Positions 16,389-26,349 of a DNA stretch of 64,000 nt are shown here, piece after piece. The stretch's first letter is position 1, and every line of letters begins with the position of its first letter. The notes under the pieces are model-generated. The model was not told where the DNA came from, searched no databases, and was given only the letters and a program-made list of their open reading frames with translations. The stretch covers positions 381,442 through 445,441 of the forward strand of contig CAVVRS010000002.1 in NCBI GenBank assembly GCA_963750815.1, written 5' to 3'. Origin of the DNA: an uncultured beta proteobacterium (lineage in GTDB: Bacteria; Pseudomonadota; Gammaproteobacteria; Burkholderiales; Burkholderiaceae_C). A program made the position numbers and the translations under genes.

Positions 16389-17386
16389 AATTTAGACATA
16401 AAGTGACGTCAACCCTTGCTGTACTAGCGTTAACGGCTACTAATTTTGTAGCAGCACAAACCACGCTGCTAAACGCTTCGTATGACGTGGCGCGCGAGTT
16501 CTATAAGGACTACAACGCCGCCTTTGTGGTGCACTACAAAAAGACCAGTGGCAAGGAAGTCAAGATCGACCAGGCACACGGCGGCTCCAGTGCCCAGGCG
16601 CGCGCCGTCAATGACGGGCTGGAAGCCGATGTGGTCACCATGAACACCACCACCGACATTGAGTTTCTGGCCGGCACTGGCGTCGTGGCCAAAGACTGGG
16701 CCAGGCGCTTTCCCGGCAATGCCTCTCCTACCACTTCCACCATGCTGTTTCTCACGCGCAACGGCAACCCGAAAAACATCAAGGATTGGGATGACCTGGT
16801 GAAGCCTGGCATGCAGGTCATTGTGGTCAACCCGAAGACTGGCGGCAACGGTCGAATGGCCTATCTGGCGGCCTGGGGCTACGTGCGCAAAAAAGGTGGC
16901 ACTGACGCACAAGCGGCCGAATTTGTGACCAAATTGTTCAAAAACGTGCCGGTGCTGGCGAAGGGCGGGCGCGATGCCACCACCATCTTTTTGCAGCGCA
17001 ATATTGGCGACGTGCTGGTAACGTTTGAGTCTGAGGTGCTGTCGGTGGACCGCGAGTTTGGTGCCGGCAAGGTGGACGCCGTGTACCCGTCAGTCAGCAT
17101 CGTGGCGGAAAACCCGGTGGCGGTGGTGGAGCGTACTGTCGCCAAAAAAGGCACCGGCGAGTTGGCCAAAGCCTATCTGGATTATCTGTATTCCGACGAA
17201 GCACAGGAGATTGCCGCCAAACATGCGCTGCGTCCGCGCTCGGCTGCCCTCCTCAAAAAGTACGCCAACACCTTCAAGGCGATTCAACTCTTCACGGTGG
17301 GTGAATACTTTGGCTCCCAGTCCGAAGCGCAAAAAGTCCATTTCAATGATGGTGGCCAGTTCGACAAAATTTACACCGTCAAGTAA
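16385..17386 (+). CDS. sbp: Sulfate/thiosulfate ABC transporter substrate-binding protein
   Basis: Signal peptide MKFRHKVTSTLAVLALTATNFVAA, then LLNASYDVAREFYKDYN...IDQAHGGSSAQARAVNDGLEADVV. Followed directly by cysTWA. Confidence 0.9.
   Translation: MKFRHKVTSTLAVLALTATNFVAAQTTLLNASYDVAREFYKDYNAAFVVHYKKTSGKEVKIDQAHGGSSAQARAVNDGLEADVVTMNTTTDIEFLAGTGVVAKDWARRFPGNASPTTSTMLFLTRNGNPKNIKDWDDLVKPGMQVIVVNPKTGGNGRMAYLAAWGYVRKKGGTDAQAAEFVTKLFKNVPVLAKGGRDATTIFLQRNIGDVLVTFESEVLSVDREFGAGKVDAVYPSVSIVAENPVAVVERTVAKKGTGELAKAYLDYLYSDEAQEIAAKHALRPRSAALLKKYANTFKAIQLFTVGEYFGSQSEAQKVHFNDGGQFDKIYTVK
16427..16452 (-). repeat. Partial repeat-like segment F inside the sbp signal-peptide coding region
   Basis: GCGTTAACGGCTACTAATTTTGTAGC. 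19 of 26 positions are identical to copy A, and the hairpin is preserved by a compensatory change (GCTAC..GTAGC versus GCTAT..ATAGC). Confidence 0.3.
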
Positions 17387-18271
17387 ATGACCGTTGCCAC
17401 TATGACTGCCCCCTTGGTGGCCGCTGGTGCACCGGTGCGCCAACGACCGGCGCGCCAGGTGCTGCCGGGATTCGGATTGACGCTGGGCTACACCCTGCTG
17501 TACCTGAGCTTGATCGTGCTGATTCCGCTGTCCGCCCTGGTGTTCAAGACTTTCACGCTGACCTGGGCCCAATTCTGGACGGCAGTGGCCAGCCCGCGCG
17601 TTGTTGCGTCGTATCAGCTAACCTTTGGCGCGTCCTTTGTTGCAGCGCTGGTGAATGTATTTTTTGGACTGCTGGTGGCCTGGGTGCTGGTGCGCTACCC
17701 GTTCCCCGGCAAGAAATTCGTTGACGCTCTGGTGGACTTGCCGTTTGCGCTACCGACTGCCGTGGCTGGCATCGCGCTTACCGCCTTGCTGGCCGACAAC
17801 GGCTGGGTCGGCCAGGTGCTGCAGCCTCAAGGTATCCAGCTGGCCTTTAACCGCAACGGCATTGTTATTGCGCTGATCTTCATCGGTCTGCCGTTTGTGG
17901 TGCGCACTGTCCAGCCGGTGCTGGAAGACGCCGAAAAAGAACTGGAAGAAGCCGCCACCTGCCTGGGAGCAACACGCTGGCAAACTTTTCGCCATGTCAT
18001 TTTCCCCACCATCGCACCGGCGCTGCTGACCGGTTTTGCCATGGCTTTTGCGCGCGCCATCGGTGAGTACGGTTCGGTTATTTTCATTGCCGGCAACATG
18101 CCCATGATCTCGGAAATCACGCCGCTGATCATCATTGGCAAGCTGGAGCAATACGACTATGCCGGTGCCACCGCCGTGGCGGTGGTGATGCTGGTCATCT
18201 CTTTCATCCTGCTGCTGCTCATCAACGCCTTGCAGGCCTGGCAACGTCGGCGCTCGGGGGCTGGAGTATGA
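17387..18271 (+). CDS. cysT: Sulfate ABC transporter permease CysT
   Basis: Polytopic permease containing the EAA-loop region. Its position is first of the two permease genes after sbp. Confidence 0.9.
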   Translation: MTVATMTAPLVAAGAPVRQRPARQVLPGFGLTLGYTLLYLSLIVLIPLSALVFKTFTLTWAQFWTAVASPRVVASYQLTFGASFVAALVNVFFGLLVAWVLVRYPFPGKKFVDALVDLPFALPTAVAGIALTALLADNGWVGQVLQPQGIQLAFNRNGIVIALIFIGLPFVVRTVQPVLEDAEKELEEAATCLGATRWQTFRHVIFPTIAPALLTGFAMAFARAIGEYGSVIFIAGNMPMISEITPLIIIGKLEQYDYAGATAVAVVMLVISFILLLLINALQAWQRRRSGAGV

Positions 18272-19224
18272 GTACCCCCCTTAGCCAGGTGCACGCCGTG
18301 CGCCCGTCCTCCCAAAGGGGGGAGGACGCCAGCGGCCTGGTAAAGCCGGTTCCGCGGCGTTCCGCGCGCAACGCCCCCACCGTCGAAGCTGCATGGGTGA
18401 AATGGACACTGATCGGCCTGGCGTTGGGCTTTGTCTTTTTGTTCCTTGTGCTGCCGCTGGCCGCTGTATTCACCGAGGCGCTGCGTAAGGGAATGGGCGC
18501 TTACCTGGAAGCGCTCAAGGAACCCGACGCCTGGACCGCCATTCGCCTGACACTGATTACGGCCGCCATTGCGGTGCCGCTTAACCTGGTGTTTGGTGTG
18601 GCAGCGGCCTGGGCCATTGCCAAGTTTGAATTCCGCGGCAAAGCGTTCCTGACGACCCTGGTGGACCTTCCGTTTTCGGTGTCGCCGGTAGTCGCCGGAC
18701 TGGTTTATGTGCTGCTGTTTGGTGCCCACGGCTGGACCGGACCCTGGCTGCAGGCGCACGACATCAAAATCGTGTTTGCGGTACCGGGCATTGTGCTGGC
18801 CACGGTCTTTGTTACTTTTCCATTTATCGCCCGCGAACTGATTCCACTCATGCAGGCGCAGGGCACCGAAGAAGAGCAGGCCGCCATGGTGCTGGGCGCC
18901 AGTGGCTGGCAGATCTTCTGCCATGTGACGCTACCGAACATCAAGTGGGGGCTGGTTTATGGCGTCATCCTGTGCAACGCACGGGCCATGGGCGAATTTG
19001 GCGCGGTCTCGGTGGTGTCGGGTCATATCCGCGGCCAGACCAACACCATGCCGCTGCATGTCGAAATTTTGTACAACGAGTACCAGTCGGTGGCTGCGTT
19101 TGCGGTTGCCTCTCTGCTGGCGCTGCTGGCGGTGGTTACGCTGGTCATCAAGTCCGTTGTCGAGTGGCAATTTGAACGTGAGCAAAAAGCCGCCGCCCAA
19201 TTGCCGCCGGAACGGCCTGTGTGA
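18268..19224 (+). CDS. cysW: Sulfate ABC transporter permease CysW
   Basis: Second permease. 4-nt overlap with cysT. Contains [28 protein letters not shown]. Confidence 0.9.
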   Translation: MSTPLSQVHAVRPSSQRGEDASGLVKPVPRRSARNAPTVEAAWVKWTLIGLALGFVFLFLVLPLAAVFTEALRKGMGAYLEALKEPDAWTAIRLTLITAAIAVPLNLVFGVAAAWAIAKFEFRGKAFLTTLVDLPFSVSPVVAGLVYVLLFGAHGWTGPWLQAHDIKIVFAVPGIVLATVFVTFPFIARELIPLMQAQGTEEEQAAMVLGASGWQIFCHVTLPNIKWGLVYGVILCNARAMGEFGAVSVVSGHIRGQTNTMPLHVEILYNEYQSVAAFAVASLLALLAVVTLVIKSVVEWQFEREQKAAAQLPPERPV

Positions 19225-19231
19225 GAAAACC

Positions 19232-20335
19232 ATGAGCATTGAAATACGCAACGTCAGCAAAGCCGTCGGCAACTTCCACGCCCTGCGTGATGTATCACTG
19301 GATATCAACTCCGGGGAGCTGGTGGCACTGCTGGGGCCTTCGGGCTGCGGCAAAACGACCCTGTTGCGCATCATTGCCGGCCTGGAGACGCCGGATGGTG
19401 GCAGTATTTTGTTCAGCGGCGAAGACACTACCGAAGTACATGTCCGTGAACGCAACGTCGGCTTTGTGTTTCAGCATTACGCGCTGTTTCGCCACATGAG
19501 CGTATTTGACAATGTCGCCTTCGGTCTGCGCATGAAGTCGCGCGCCACCCGTCCGAGCGAAGCCGTCATCAAGCAAAAGGTGCACGAGTTGTTGGGTCTG
19601 GTGCAACTCGACTGGCTGGCCGACCGCTATCCGGCGCAGCTTTCGGGTGGCCAGCGTCAGCGAATCGCCCTGGCGCGCGCCCTGGCGGTAGAACCCAAGG
19701 TATTGCTGCTGGACGAGCCGTTTGGCGCACTGGACGCCAAGGTACGCAAGGAATTGCGCCGCTGGCTGCGCCGGCTGCACGATGACTTGCATGTAACCAG
19801 CATATTTGTTACCCACGACCAGGAAGAAGCGCTCGAAGTAGCCGACCGGGTGGTTCTGATGAACAGCGGCGAAGTGGAACAAATTGGCTCGCCGCAGGAT
19901 GTGTGGGACCACCCGGCCAGCCCATTTGTCTACGGCTTTCTGGGCGACGTCAACCTGTTCCATGGCCGCGCTCACGAAGGCGAGATGCTGATCGGTGAAG
20001 ACCACCACGCGCTGCGTCTGGCCACACCTGAGCATGGAGATGCGCAGGATGCAAAGGCCTTCGCCTACGTGCGCCCACACGATCTCGAAGTGCAGCGCTA
20101 CACCCCAGCACTGGGCACAGCGGATCGGCCCAAAGGCATCATGGCCCGACTGACGCGGGCCATTGTGGTCGGGCCTATTGCGCGGCTCGAATTGCTGCCG
20201 CTTGATGCCGCAACGGCCGGTGGCAGCGACCTCATCGAAGCGCATATTTCTGCGCAACAATTTCAGACGCTTGACTTGAAAACGGATGAAATACTGGTCC
20301 TGACACCACGCAAGGCACGGGTCTTTGTTGCTTGA
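19232..20335 (+). CDS. cysA: Sulfate ABC transporter ATP-binding protein CysA
   Basis: [10 protein letters not shown]..., Walker [10 protein letters not shown], signature [15 protein letters not shown], Walker B LLLDEPF, and a C-terminal TOBE-like domain. Confidence 0.9.
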   Translation: MSIEIRNVSKAVGNFHALRDVSLDINSGELVALLGPSGCGKTTLLRIIAGLETPDGGSILFSGEDTTEVHVRERNVGFVFQHYALFRHMSVFDNVAFGLRMKSRATRPSEAVIKQKVHELLGLVQLDWLADRYPAQLSGGQRQRIALARALAVEPKVLLLDEPFGALDAKVRKELRRWLRRLHDDLHVTSIFVTHDQEEALEVADRVVLMNSGEVEQIGSPQDVWDHPASPFVYGFLGDVNLFHGRAHEGEMLIGEDHHALRLATPEHGDAQDAKAFAYVRPHDLEVQRYTPALGTADRPKGIMARLTRAIVVGPIARLELLPLDAATAGGSDLIEAHISAQQFQTLDLKTDEILVLTPRKARVFVA

Positions 20336-20370
20336 GAAAACAGGGCTGCCGGCAGCGCCGGACTTTGCGC

Positions 20371-20655
20371 CTACGTGTGTTTACGCGGATGAAATACCAG
20401 CACCTGCGCCGGAGATACTGATGCCCTTGCGCCACCAGCAACCGGGCCGACTTTGGGTTGCGCCTTATCGCAGCCACTGCAATGACAACCGGCACTGGCG
20501 CTCACGGCTTTTTCCAGCGCGGGGCGCAGCCCCTGCGGCAACGGCAATTGCAGCAAGCGGCTTGCCAGCCAGCGCCGGGCGACCTGAGGCATCAGGCTCC
20601 AGGCCGCGTAGGCAAAACAGCTGGCAACGACAATGAACGCGATGAGAGATTGCAT
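20371..20655 (-). CDS. Small membrane-anchored Cys-rich protein downstream of feoB (DUF6587-like by recollection)
   Basis: MQSLIAFIVVASCFAYAAWSLMP forms a TM helix, followed by AGCHCSGCDK. The start is 10 nt after the feoB stop on the same strand. Confidence 0.5.
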   Translation of the reverse strand: MQSLIAFIVVASCFAYAAWSLMPQVARRWLASRLLQLPLPQGLRPALEKAVSASAGCHCSGCDKAQPKVGPVAGGARASVSPAQVLVFHPRKHT

Positions 20656-20665
20656 GTCCGGGCTC

Positions 20666-22561
20666 TTATGTCCCCAGCCACGTGGCAACCCTGAAGGTTG
20701 CAAAGGCTGCTATGTAGGCCAGGGCAAACAGATACGAGGCCATGAAGATGGGGTAACGCCAGGAGTTGGTCTCGCGCCGTACCACCGCCAGCGTGGAGAG
20801 ACATTGCGGCGCAAACACAAACCAGGCCAGCAACGCATAAGCGGTGGCCAGCGACCATCCCTGAGCGATCACCGGCGACAGGGCATCGGCGACGGACTTG
20901 TCGGCTGCAGACAGCGAATAGACGGTTCCCAGGGCTCCGACGGCGATCTCGCGCGCGGCCATGCCGGGCACAAGAGCAATGGAAATTTGCCAGTTAAAGC
21001 CAATCGGTGCAAACAACACCTGCAGTGCCTGGCCCAACATGCCGGCCACACTGTACTGGATGGCAGGGCCTTGACTCACTTCCCAACCGACAGGTGGCGC
21101 CGGGTAGGTAGACAAAAACCAGAGCACCACCATCAACGAAAAGATAATGCCGCCGACCCGGCGCAAAAAGATGCGGGCCCGTTCCCACAAACCCAGACCA
21201 AGATTGCGCAGGCTGGGGACACGATAGGGTGGCAACTCCAGCATCAGGGGTTGATAAGCACTTTTCATCCAGACCCGCTTGAAAACCCAGGCGACTGCCA
21301 TCGCGGAAACGACCCCGGCGACATACAGGCCAAAGAGCGTAAGACCACGCAGACTGAGCCAGCCAATGTCGCGTTGTGGCACAAAGGCGCCAATCAACAA
21401 GGCATAGACCGGCAGGCGGGCCGAACAGGTCATGAGGGGTGCCACCATGATGGTGGCCAGCCGGTCTTTCCAGTTGGCAATGGTGCGCGTAGCCATGATG
21501 CCCGGAATGGCGCAGGCAAAGCTCGACAGCAAGGGAATGAAGGCTCGACCCGACAAGCCCACTTTACCCATCAGCGAATCGAGCAAAAAAGCGGCACGTG
21601 GCAGATAACCCGAGTCTTCCAGCAACAGGATGAAGAAAAACAGAATCAGAATTTGCGGCAGGAACACCAGCACGCCACCGACACCGGCAATGACGCCATC
21701 AACCAGCAGACTGCGCAGCGGTCCGGCCGTCATATGCTGGAGAGTCCAGCCCCCAACCACGGTCATCAACCCCTTGATAGCATCCATGGGCAGGCTGGCC
21801 CATGAAAAAACCGCCTGAAAAATCAGAAACAGCACGGCCGCCAGCACCACCAGCCCCCCCACCGGATGCATAACCACGGCGTCCAGCCGGTGCTGGAAGC
21901 GGTTCAGGGTCGGTACTACGGGCGCCACCAACGCCAGTATGCGGCGCACCTCACGCTGCAATTGCGCGGAAGTGGCGGGCGGCATATCGACCAGTGCGGC
22001 GCGCGGCGTTACCAGCGGACCGGTGAATTGCTTCTCCAGCTGGGCAAGCAGTTTTTCATGCCCATTATGTCTGACCGCCACGGTTTCCACCACCGGGCAA
22101 CCCAGCTCCGCTGCCAGGCGATTCAGGTCCAGCTTCAAGCCCTGGGAGCGCGCCACGTCGGCCATGTTGACCGCCACCAGCAACGGTTTGCCCAGGCTCT
22201 TGAGTTCCAGCACCAAGCGCAGATTCATGCGCAAGTTGGTGGCATCCACTACAGCAACAATGACATCCGGTGCATCTTCACCGGCCCGGCTTCCCTCAAT
22301 CACTTCAAGCATCACCTGTTCGTCGGGTGTGGCTGGGGTCAGGCTGTACGAGCCGGGTAAATCCACCACCGACACGGTCTGGCCATTTCGCAGGCGGGCC
22401 AGACCCACTTTGCGCTCAACCGTTACGCCGGCGTAATTGGCGACTTTCTGGCGCGCCCCGGTAAGAAGATTGAAGAGCGCGGTTTTGCCACAATTGGGGT
22501 TACCCACCAAGGCAATGCTTTTGATGGCCGCAAATGGGTCGGCCGCGAGCGTGTTGGACAT
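20666..22561 (-). CDS. feoB: Ferrous iron transporter FeoB
   Basis: N-terminal G-domain (GNPNCGKTALFN, DLPG) followed by a large polytopic membrane domain. Start at MSNTLAADPF. Confidence 0.9.
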   Translation of the reverse strand: MSNTLAADPFAAIKSIALVGNPNCGKTALFNLLTGARQKVANYAGVTVERKVGLARLRNGQTVSVVDLPGSYSLTPATPDEQVMLEVIEGSRAGEDAPDVIVAVVDATNLRMNLRLVLELKSLGKPLLVAVNMADVARSQGLKLDLNRLAAELGCPVVETVAVRHNGHEKLLAQLEKQFTGPLVTPRAALVDMPPATSAQLQREVRRILALVAPVVPTLNRFQHRLDAVVMHPVGGLVVLAAVLFLIFQAVFSWASLPMDAIKGLMTVVGGWTLQHMTAGPLRSLLVDGVIAGVGGVLVFLPQILILFFFILLLEDSGYLPRAAFLLDSLMGKVGLSGRAFIPLLSSFACAIPGIMATRTIANWKDRLATIMVAPLMTCSARLPVYALLIGAFVPQRDIGWLSLRGLTLFGLYVAGVVSAMAVAWVFKRVWMKSAYQPLMLELPPYRVPSLRNLGLGLWERARIFLRRVGGIIFSLMVVLWFLSTYPAPPVGWEVSQGPAIQYSVAGMLGQALQVLFAPIGFNWQISIALVPGMAAREIAVGALGTVYSLSAADKSVADALSPVIAQGWSLATAYALLAWFVFAPQCLSTLAVVRRETNSWRYPIFMASYLFALAYIAAFATFRVATWLGT

Positions 22562-22568
22562 GGCAAGG

Positions 22569-22811
22569 TCAGGTGGTACAAACTTCGATGCACTGCGCTT
22601 CCAGTAAACGCAGCGCAAACAGTGTCTCACCGACCTGGACGGCGAGTGGCTCACGGCCGCCCGGGCCGCGCCGCAACATGTGTACTGGCTCGCCCGCAAT
22701 GAATCCGATCTCACCCAGACGACGCAAAGTGGCCGCCCCCACCCCATCAAAATGGGGCACCACACGCTCTACCAAGGCGCGGGCACCGTTCGGAAGTTGA
22801 GACAAAAGCAT
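22569..22811 (-). CDS. feoA: Ferrous iron transport protein FeoA
   Basis: An 80-aa SH3-like FeoA (LRRLGEIGFIAGEPVHMLRRGPGGREPLAVQVGETLFALR) directly upstream of feoB. Confidence 0.85.
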   Translation of the reverse strand: MLLSQLPNGARALVERVVPHFDGVGAATLRRLGEIGFIAGEPVHMLRRGPGGREPLAVQVGETLFALRLLEAQCIEVCTT

Positions 22812-22855
22812 GGGGCCAACCTCTGGAAATTTAACAGACAGGACTTTAACAACTC

Positions 22856-22883
22856 AAATGCAAATGAGATTCTATCGCATTTA
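22856..22883. promoter_or_regulatory. Candidate Fur box upstream of feoAB
   Basis: AAATGCAAATGAGATTCTATCGCATTT resembles the GATAATGATAATCATTATC-type Fur operator. It lies 45-70 nt upstream of the feoA start. Confidence 0.4.
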
Positions 22884-22966
22884 GAACGGATGGCAAGCAG
22901 CTAAATCAAACCGTTTGTGCGGCCAAGTTTTTGGCGATTGAAAGCCTGCGCCGCCGGTAACGTCCG

Positions 22967-24700
22967 CTAGCCTGTCACTTTTCGCACGACCGCGCGGCTC
23001 AGGGCTCGCGCTTTCTGGGCCAGGGTAAAGCGCTGGAAGTTGGTCTTGACCACACCCTCGGTAAAAGCCGTGCGCTTGCTGTAGTCAATGGCAACTTCCA
23101 CAATCACCGGCTGGCCGGTTTTGGCTGCGGCGCTGGCGACACTGATCTGCCGGCTCAAATCCGCGTCTTTGTCGATCTTGAGGTAGAGCGCTCCCACCGC
23201 CCGGGCCACGCCATCGATAGCCACCGCCGCCAGCACCGTGCACGGCTTGCGGTTGTAGGGAATCTCCTGAGCCTGGGCGATCTGCGACAACTCGCCGTCA
23301 CAAAAAACGTAATACACCACACCTAACTGATATTGCGTGGCGGTGATGATTTCCATGCACGTCATGCGAAAGCAGCCGTCGCCCACGATGCAATTGACTG
23401 GCACGTCGGGCCGCGCCAGCTTGGCGCCAATCGCCGCCGGCACTGAATACCCCATGGCATTGAAGTCGGTCGGGACGATGGCCAACTTGGCGCTGAGAAT
23501 GGGCATCAGCTCGGCGGTCAGGTAGGTGTGGTTGCCGTCGTCGACCACCGTCACTGCCTCGGCTGGATTGGCCGCTCGCAGTGCGTCAAAAAAGCGCGCC
23601 GGATTGACCCGACCCTTGCTGTTATGTGAGTACCAGCTTTCGCGGTAAACCTTTTTATCAAAGGCTATTTTTGCCTGCAAAACGGTATTAACTCCTTTCT
23701 CAGGCATCGCTTTGCGTAGCGCCGCCAGCAGTTGCGGTAGCACCACACGGGCATCACCCGCAATGGCCACCTGCGCCGGATAATTGGCGTTCAGCGCTTG
23801 CGGATTGATGTCAATGTGAATCAGCTTAGCTGGCACCGTAACGCCAAAACTGCCAGTCGCAATTTCACCAAAGCGGGTGCCAATGGCCAGCATCACATCG
23901 CAATCGGCAAACGCGTTGCGTGCTGCCGGTACTGCCGCCGGGCCAAAGCCAAAACCCACATGCAAGGGGTGACTGGCCGGGAACATAGAAAAACCTTGCA
24001 GTGTTGTGGAGACCGGCGCTTGCACGTGCTCCGCCAGCGCCGTAACGTCTGCCAGGCAATCGCGCGCGCCCCAGCCGACAAAGAAGCCGGGATGTCTGGC
24101 GCCCTTGAGTAGCGCCACCGCCGCATCGATCTGGCTACTGTCCGCCGGCGCGGGCAAATCAGGCGGCACCCAGAGCGGCAAATCGCCCACCTCCTCGGGG
24201 AACAATTGCAGGTTGGCCGGCAGCTCAATGAACACCGGCCCGGGCTCACCGGTGGTCGCGGTGCGATAGGCTTCAAACAGCATCGGAACGATATCAGCAT
24301 GGCGTTCAATCAGGTAAGTGGCCTTGGTAATGCCGCTCATGAACTTCTGCAAATCCATCTGGTGCAGCTGAAACTTCCAGGGAATGTCGGTGCGCACTCC
24401 GCCGCAAATCACCAGCATTGGCACGCCGTCCAGAAACGCTTCGCCAATGCCGCTGGCGGCGTGGGTCAGTCCGGCGGCGGGCACCACGACCAGTGTGCCG
24501 ACGGTGTCAGACAGGCGGCTCAAACCGTCGGCCATGAAAGCGCCACCGCCCTCGTGACTGACCAGCATGGGGGTGATCAGTTCCGAATTGTTGAGCTCGT
24601 CATACAGCTCGGTGTTCTGCACCCCGGGTATGCCAAAGGTATAGCGAATACCCAGTTGTTCCAGGGCGTAGCGGGCCAGCCAGGCGCCGGTTTTTTTCAT
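22967..24700 (-). CDS. Thiamine pyrophosphate-dependent enzyme (acetolactate synthase large-subunit-like)
   Basis: N-terminal TPP-Pyr domain (YTFGIPGVQNTELYDEL, HEGGGAFMADG) and a C-terminal GDG...N TPP-binding motif (IVGDGCFRM). Confidence 0.85.
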   Translation of the reverse strand: MKKTGAWLARYALEQLGIRYTFGIPGVQNTELYDELNNSELITPMLVSHEGGGAFMADGLSRLSDTVGTLVVVPAAGLTHAASGIGEAFLDGVPMLVICGGVRTDIPWKFQLHQMDLQKFMSGITKATYLIERHADIVPMLFEAYRTATTGEPGPVFIELPANLQLFPEEVGDLPLWVPPDLPAPADSSQIDAAVALLKGARHPGFFVGWGARDCLADVTALAEHVQAPVSTTLQGFSMFPASHPLHVGFGFGPAAVPAARNAFADCDVMLAIGTRFGEIATGSFGVTVPAKLIHIDINPQALNANYPAQVAIAGDARVVLPQLLAALRKAMPEKGVNTVLQAKIAFDKKVYRESWYSHNSKGRVNPARFFDALRAANPAEAVTVVDDGNHTYLTAELMPILSAKLAIVPTDFNAMGYSVPAAIGAKLARPDVPVNCIVGDGCFRMTCMEIITATQYQLGVVYYVFCDGELSQIAQAQEIPYNRKPCTVLAAVAIDGVARAVGALYLKIDKDADLSRQISVASAAAKTGQPVIVEVAIDYSKRTAFTEGVVKTNFQRFTLAQKARALSRAVVRKVTG

Positions 24701-24726
24701 GATGTCTGTCTCCTCAAATTTCCGAA

Positions 24727-26349
24727 TCAGATGTCCAGCAGGATGCGCCCAGCGACGGAGGCCGCCGCAGCGCGCGCCGTCAATACACAACCGCCCAGGA
24801 ATGTGCCTTCCAGTGCGCGCAGGCCATGCACACCGCCACCACCAAAACCGGCCGCTTCACCAATCGCAAACAAGCCGGGAATTGGCTGCCCGGCAGCGTC
24901 CAGCGCGCGGCTTTGCAGATCGGTCTGGATGCCGCCCAAACTCTTGCGGCTGATGACAAATTCACGAATGGCTATCAGCGGCATCGCCTTAGCATCGAGA
25001 ATGGGCTGGCTGGCGCAGGTCCGAATCTTGTCACCAGAATACCCGCGGGTATAGGCAATGCGGCGCAATTGTTCGTCATTGCGAAATTTGGGTTTCAGGC
25101 GCACCTGCGCATCAAAGCGCGACACCGCCTGCTGCAGCGCGTCCAGTTGCACCGCATCGTCACGCTGCAGGGCGTTCATCTTCTCCACCAGTTCGGGCAG
25201 ACTTTGCGCCACGCAGAAGTCTTTGCAATTGTCCACCAGGGTGCGCACCAGCCAGCGGTTACCAAAGAGCAGGTCGAGCACAAAAGCACCCCACTTTTGG
25301 TCACGAATACTCGGGTTGTGCGAGGAACCCGACACCGCCAGCTCCTTAAGCGCAATCTTGTGGTTGAGCACTTGCCAGGAGTAGCCGCCCGGCTGACGGC
25401 AAATTTGCGTCACCAGATCGCGCGTGTCAAAGCCGGTGACCAGCGGCTGCGGCCCGATGCGTTCACCACTGGCATTCAGCCACAGCGCTGACTTTGGCGG
25501 CACCAGGCTCAAACCGGCATGCGGCTTGCTCGACGCATAGTGGTGCACACCGGCGGCGTAGTTCCACATCTTGTCCAGGTGTGTGAGTTGCGCACCCGCC
25601 GCCTGCGCTGCGTCATGCAGGCGTCCATCGGCGTACTGATGCGAGCCGTTCAGGATGGTCTGTGGCGCAGGCTGCCAATCGGCATGCCAGTTGGCGCGCA
25701 CGCGGTCGATGCTGCCATTGATACCGCCGGCCGCAATCACCACCACGTCGGCGCCCTCCTCAAACGGTTTTCCGTCAAGCTGGCCGACACCGTGACAACC
25801 GACCACGCGGCCGGCCTGAATTGACAAGCCCTCCACGCGCTGGTCGAAACGCAGCACCAACCGTCCGCTCCCAAGATGCGGTTGTAAGTGCGCGATCAAG
25901 GTGGTCACCAGCTTGTCGCCGGTGCCCCACACCAGATGAAAGCGGGGTACCGAGTTGCCCGGTGTGAACTGACCGCGCTCAACCCAGTGCGGCACCGGAA
26001 AATACTTCACCCCCTTACCACGCAACCACCAGTACATGTGTTGCGTGCAGTGCGTCACGTAAGCCTGCGCCCAACGACGCGGCCAGTGCGCATCCGGTGA
26101 AAACTCGGCAAACGAATGCCAGTCGGCTAGCGCCAGTGCGACACTGTCCCACGCCCCGGCACGGCGTTGCTCAGGCGTATCCACGGCAAACATGCCGCCC
26201 ATGCTCTCACGCGCCAGGCCACCGAATTTTTCCGGCCGATCCCGGTCGAGCATAAGCACCCGGCGCCCCTGCTCCAGCAATTCCAGCGCGCAAACAATAC
26301 CGGCGATGCCGGCGCCGACAACAATGACCTCGGCAGACTGTGCTGACAT
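24727..26349 (-). CDS. FAD-binding dehydrogenase (fumarate reductase / KstD-like flavoprotein fold)
   Basis: Dinucleotide-binding motif VIVVGAGIAGIVCALEL. C-terminal GLFAIGEAAGFGGGGVHG. Confidence 0.8.
   Translation of the reverse strand: MSAQSAEVIVVGAGIAGIVCALELLEQGRRVLMLDRDRPEKFGGLARESMGGMFAVDTPEQRRAGAWDSVALALADWHSFAEFSPDAHWPRRWAQAYVTHCTQHMYWWLRGKGVKYFPVPHWVERGQFTPGNSVPRFHLVWGTGDKLVTTLIAHLQPHLGSGRLVLRFDQRVEGLSIQAGRVVGCHGVGQLDGKPFEEGADVVVIAAGGINGSIDRVRANWHADWQPAPQTILNGSHQYADGRLHDAAQAAGAQLTHLDKMWNYAAGVHHYASSKPHAGLSLVPPKSALWLNASGERIGPQPLVTGFDTRDLVTQICRQPGGYSWQVLNHKIALKELAVSGSSHNPSIRDQKWGAFVLDLLFGNRWLVRTLVDNCKDFCVAQSLPELVEKMNALQRDDAVQLDALQQAVSRFDAQVRLKPKFRNDEQLRRIAYTRGYSGDKIRTCASQPILDAKAMPLIAIREFVISRKSLGGIQTDLQSRALDAAGQPIPGLFAIGEAAGFGGGGVHGLRALEGTFLGGCVLTARAAAASVAGRILLDI

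Noticed and set aside
19295-20260. A 321-codon minus-strand ORF. Similar long antisense ORFs lie at 18157-18924, 54511-55269, 32042-32770, 13111-13818 and 42949-43572
   Set aside because: All lie opposite genes with strong family signatures (cysA, cysW, gyrB, HD-GYP, the octaheme cytochrome, GGDEF). All show the composition expected of antisense frames in GC-rich DNA.
20633-21805. A 390-codon plus-strand ORF
   Set aside because: It is antisense to feoB, whose G-domain and membrane domain are unmistakable. The translation is low-complexity (Gly/Arg/Gln/His).
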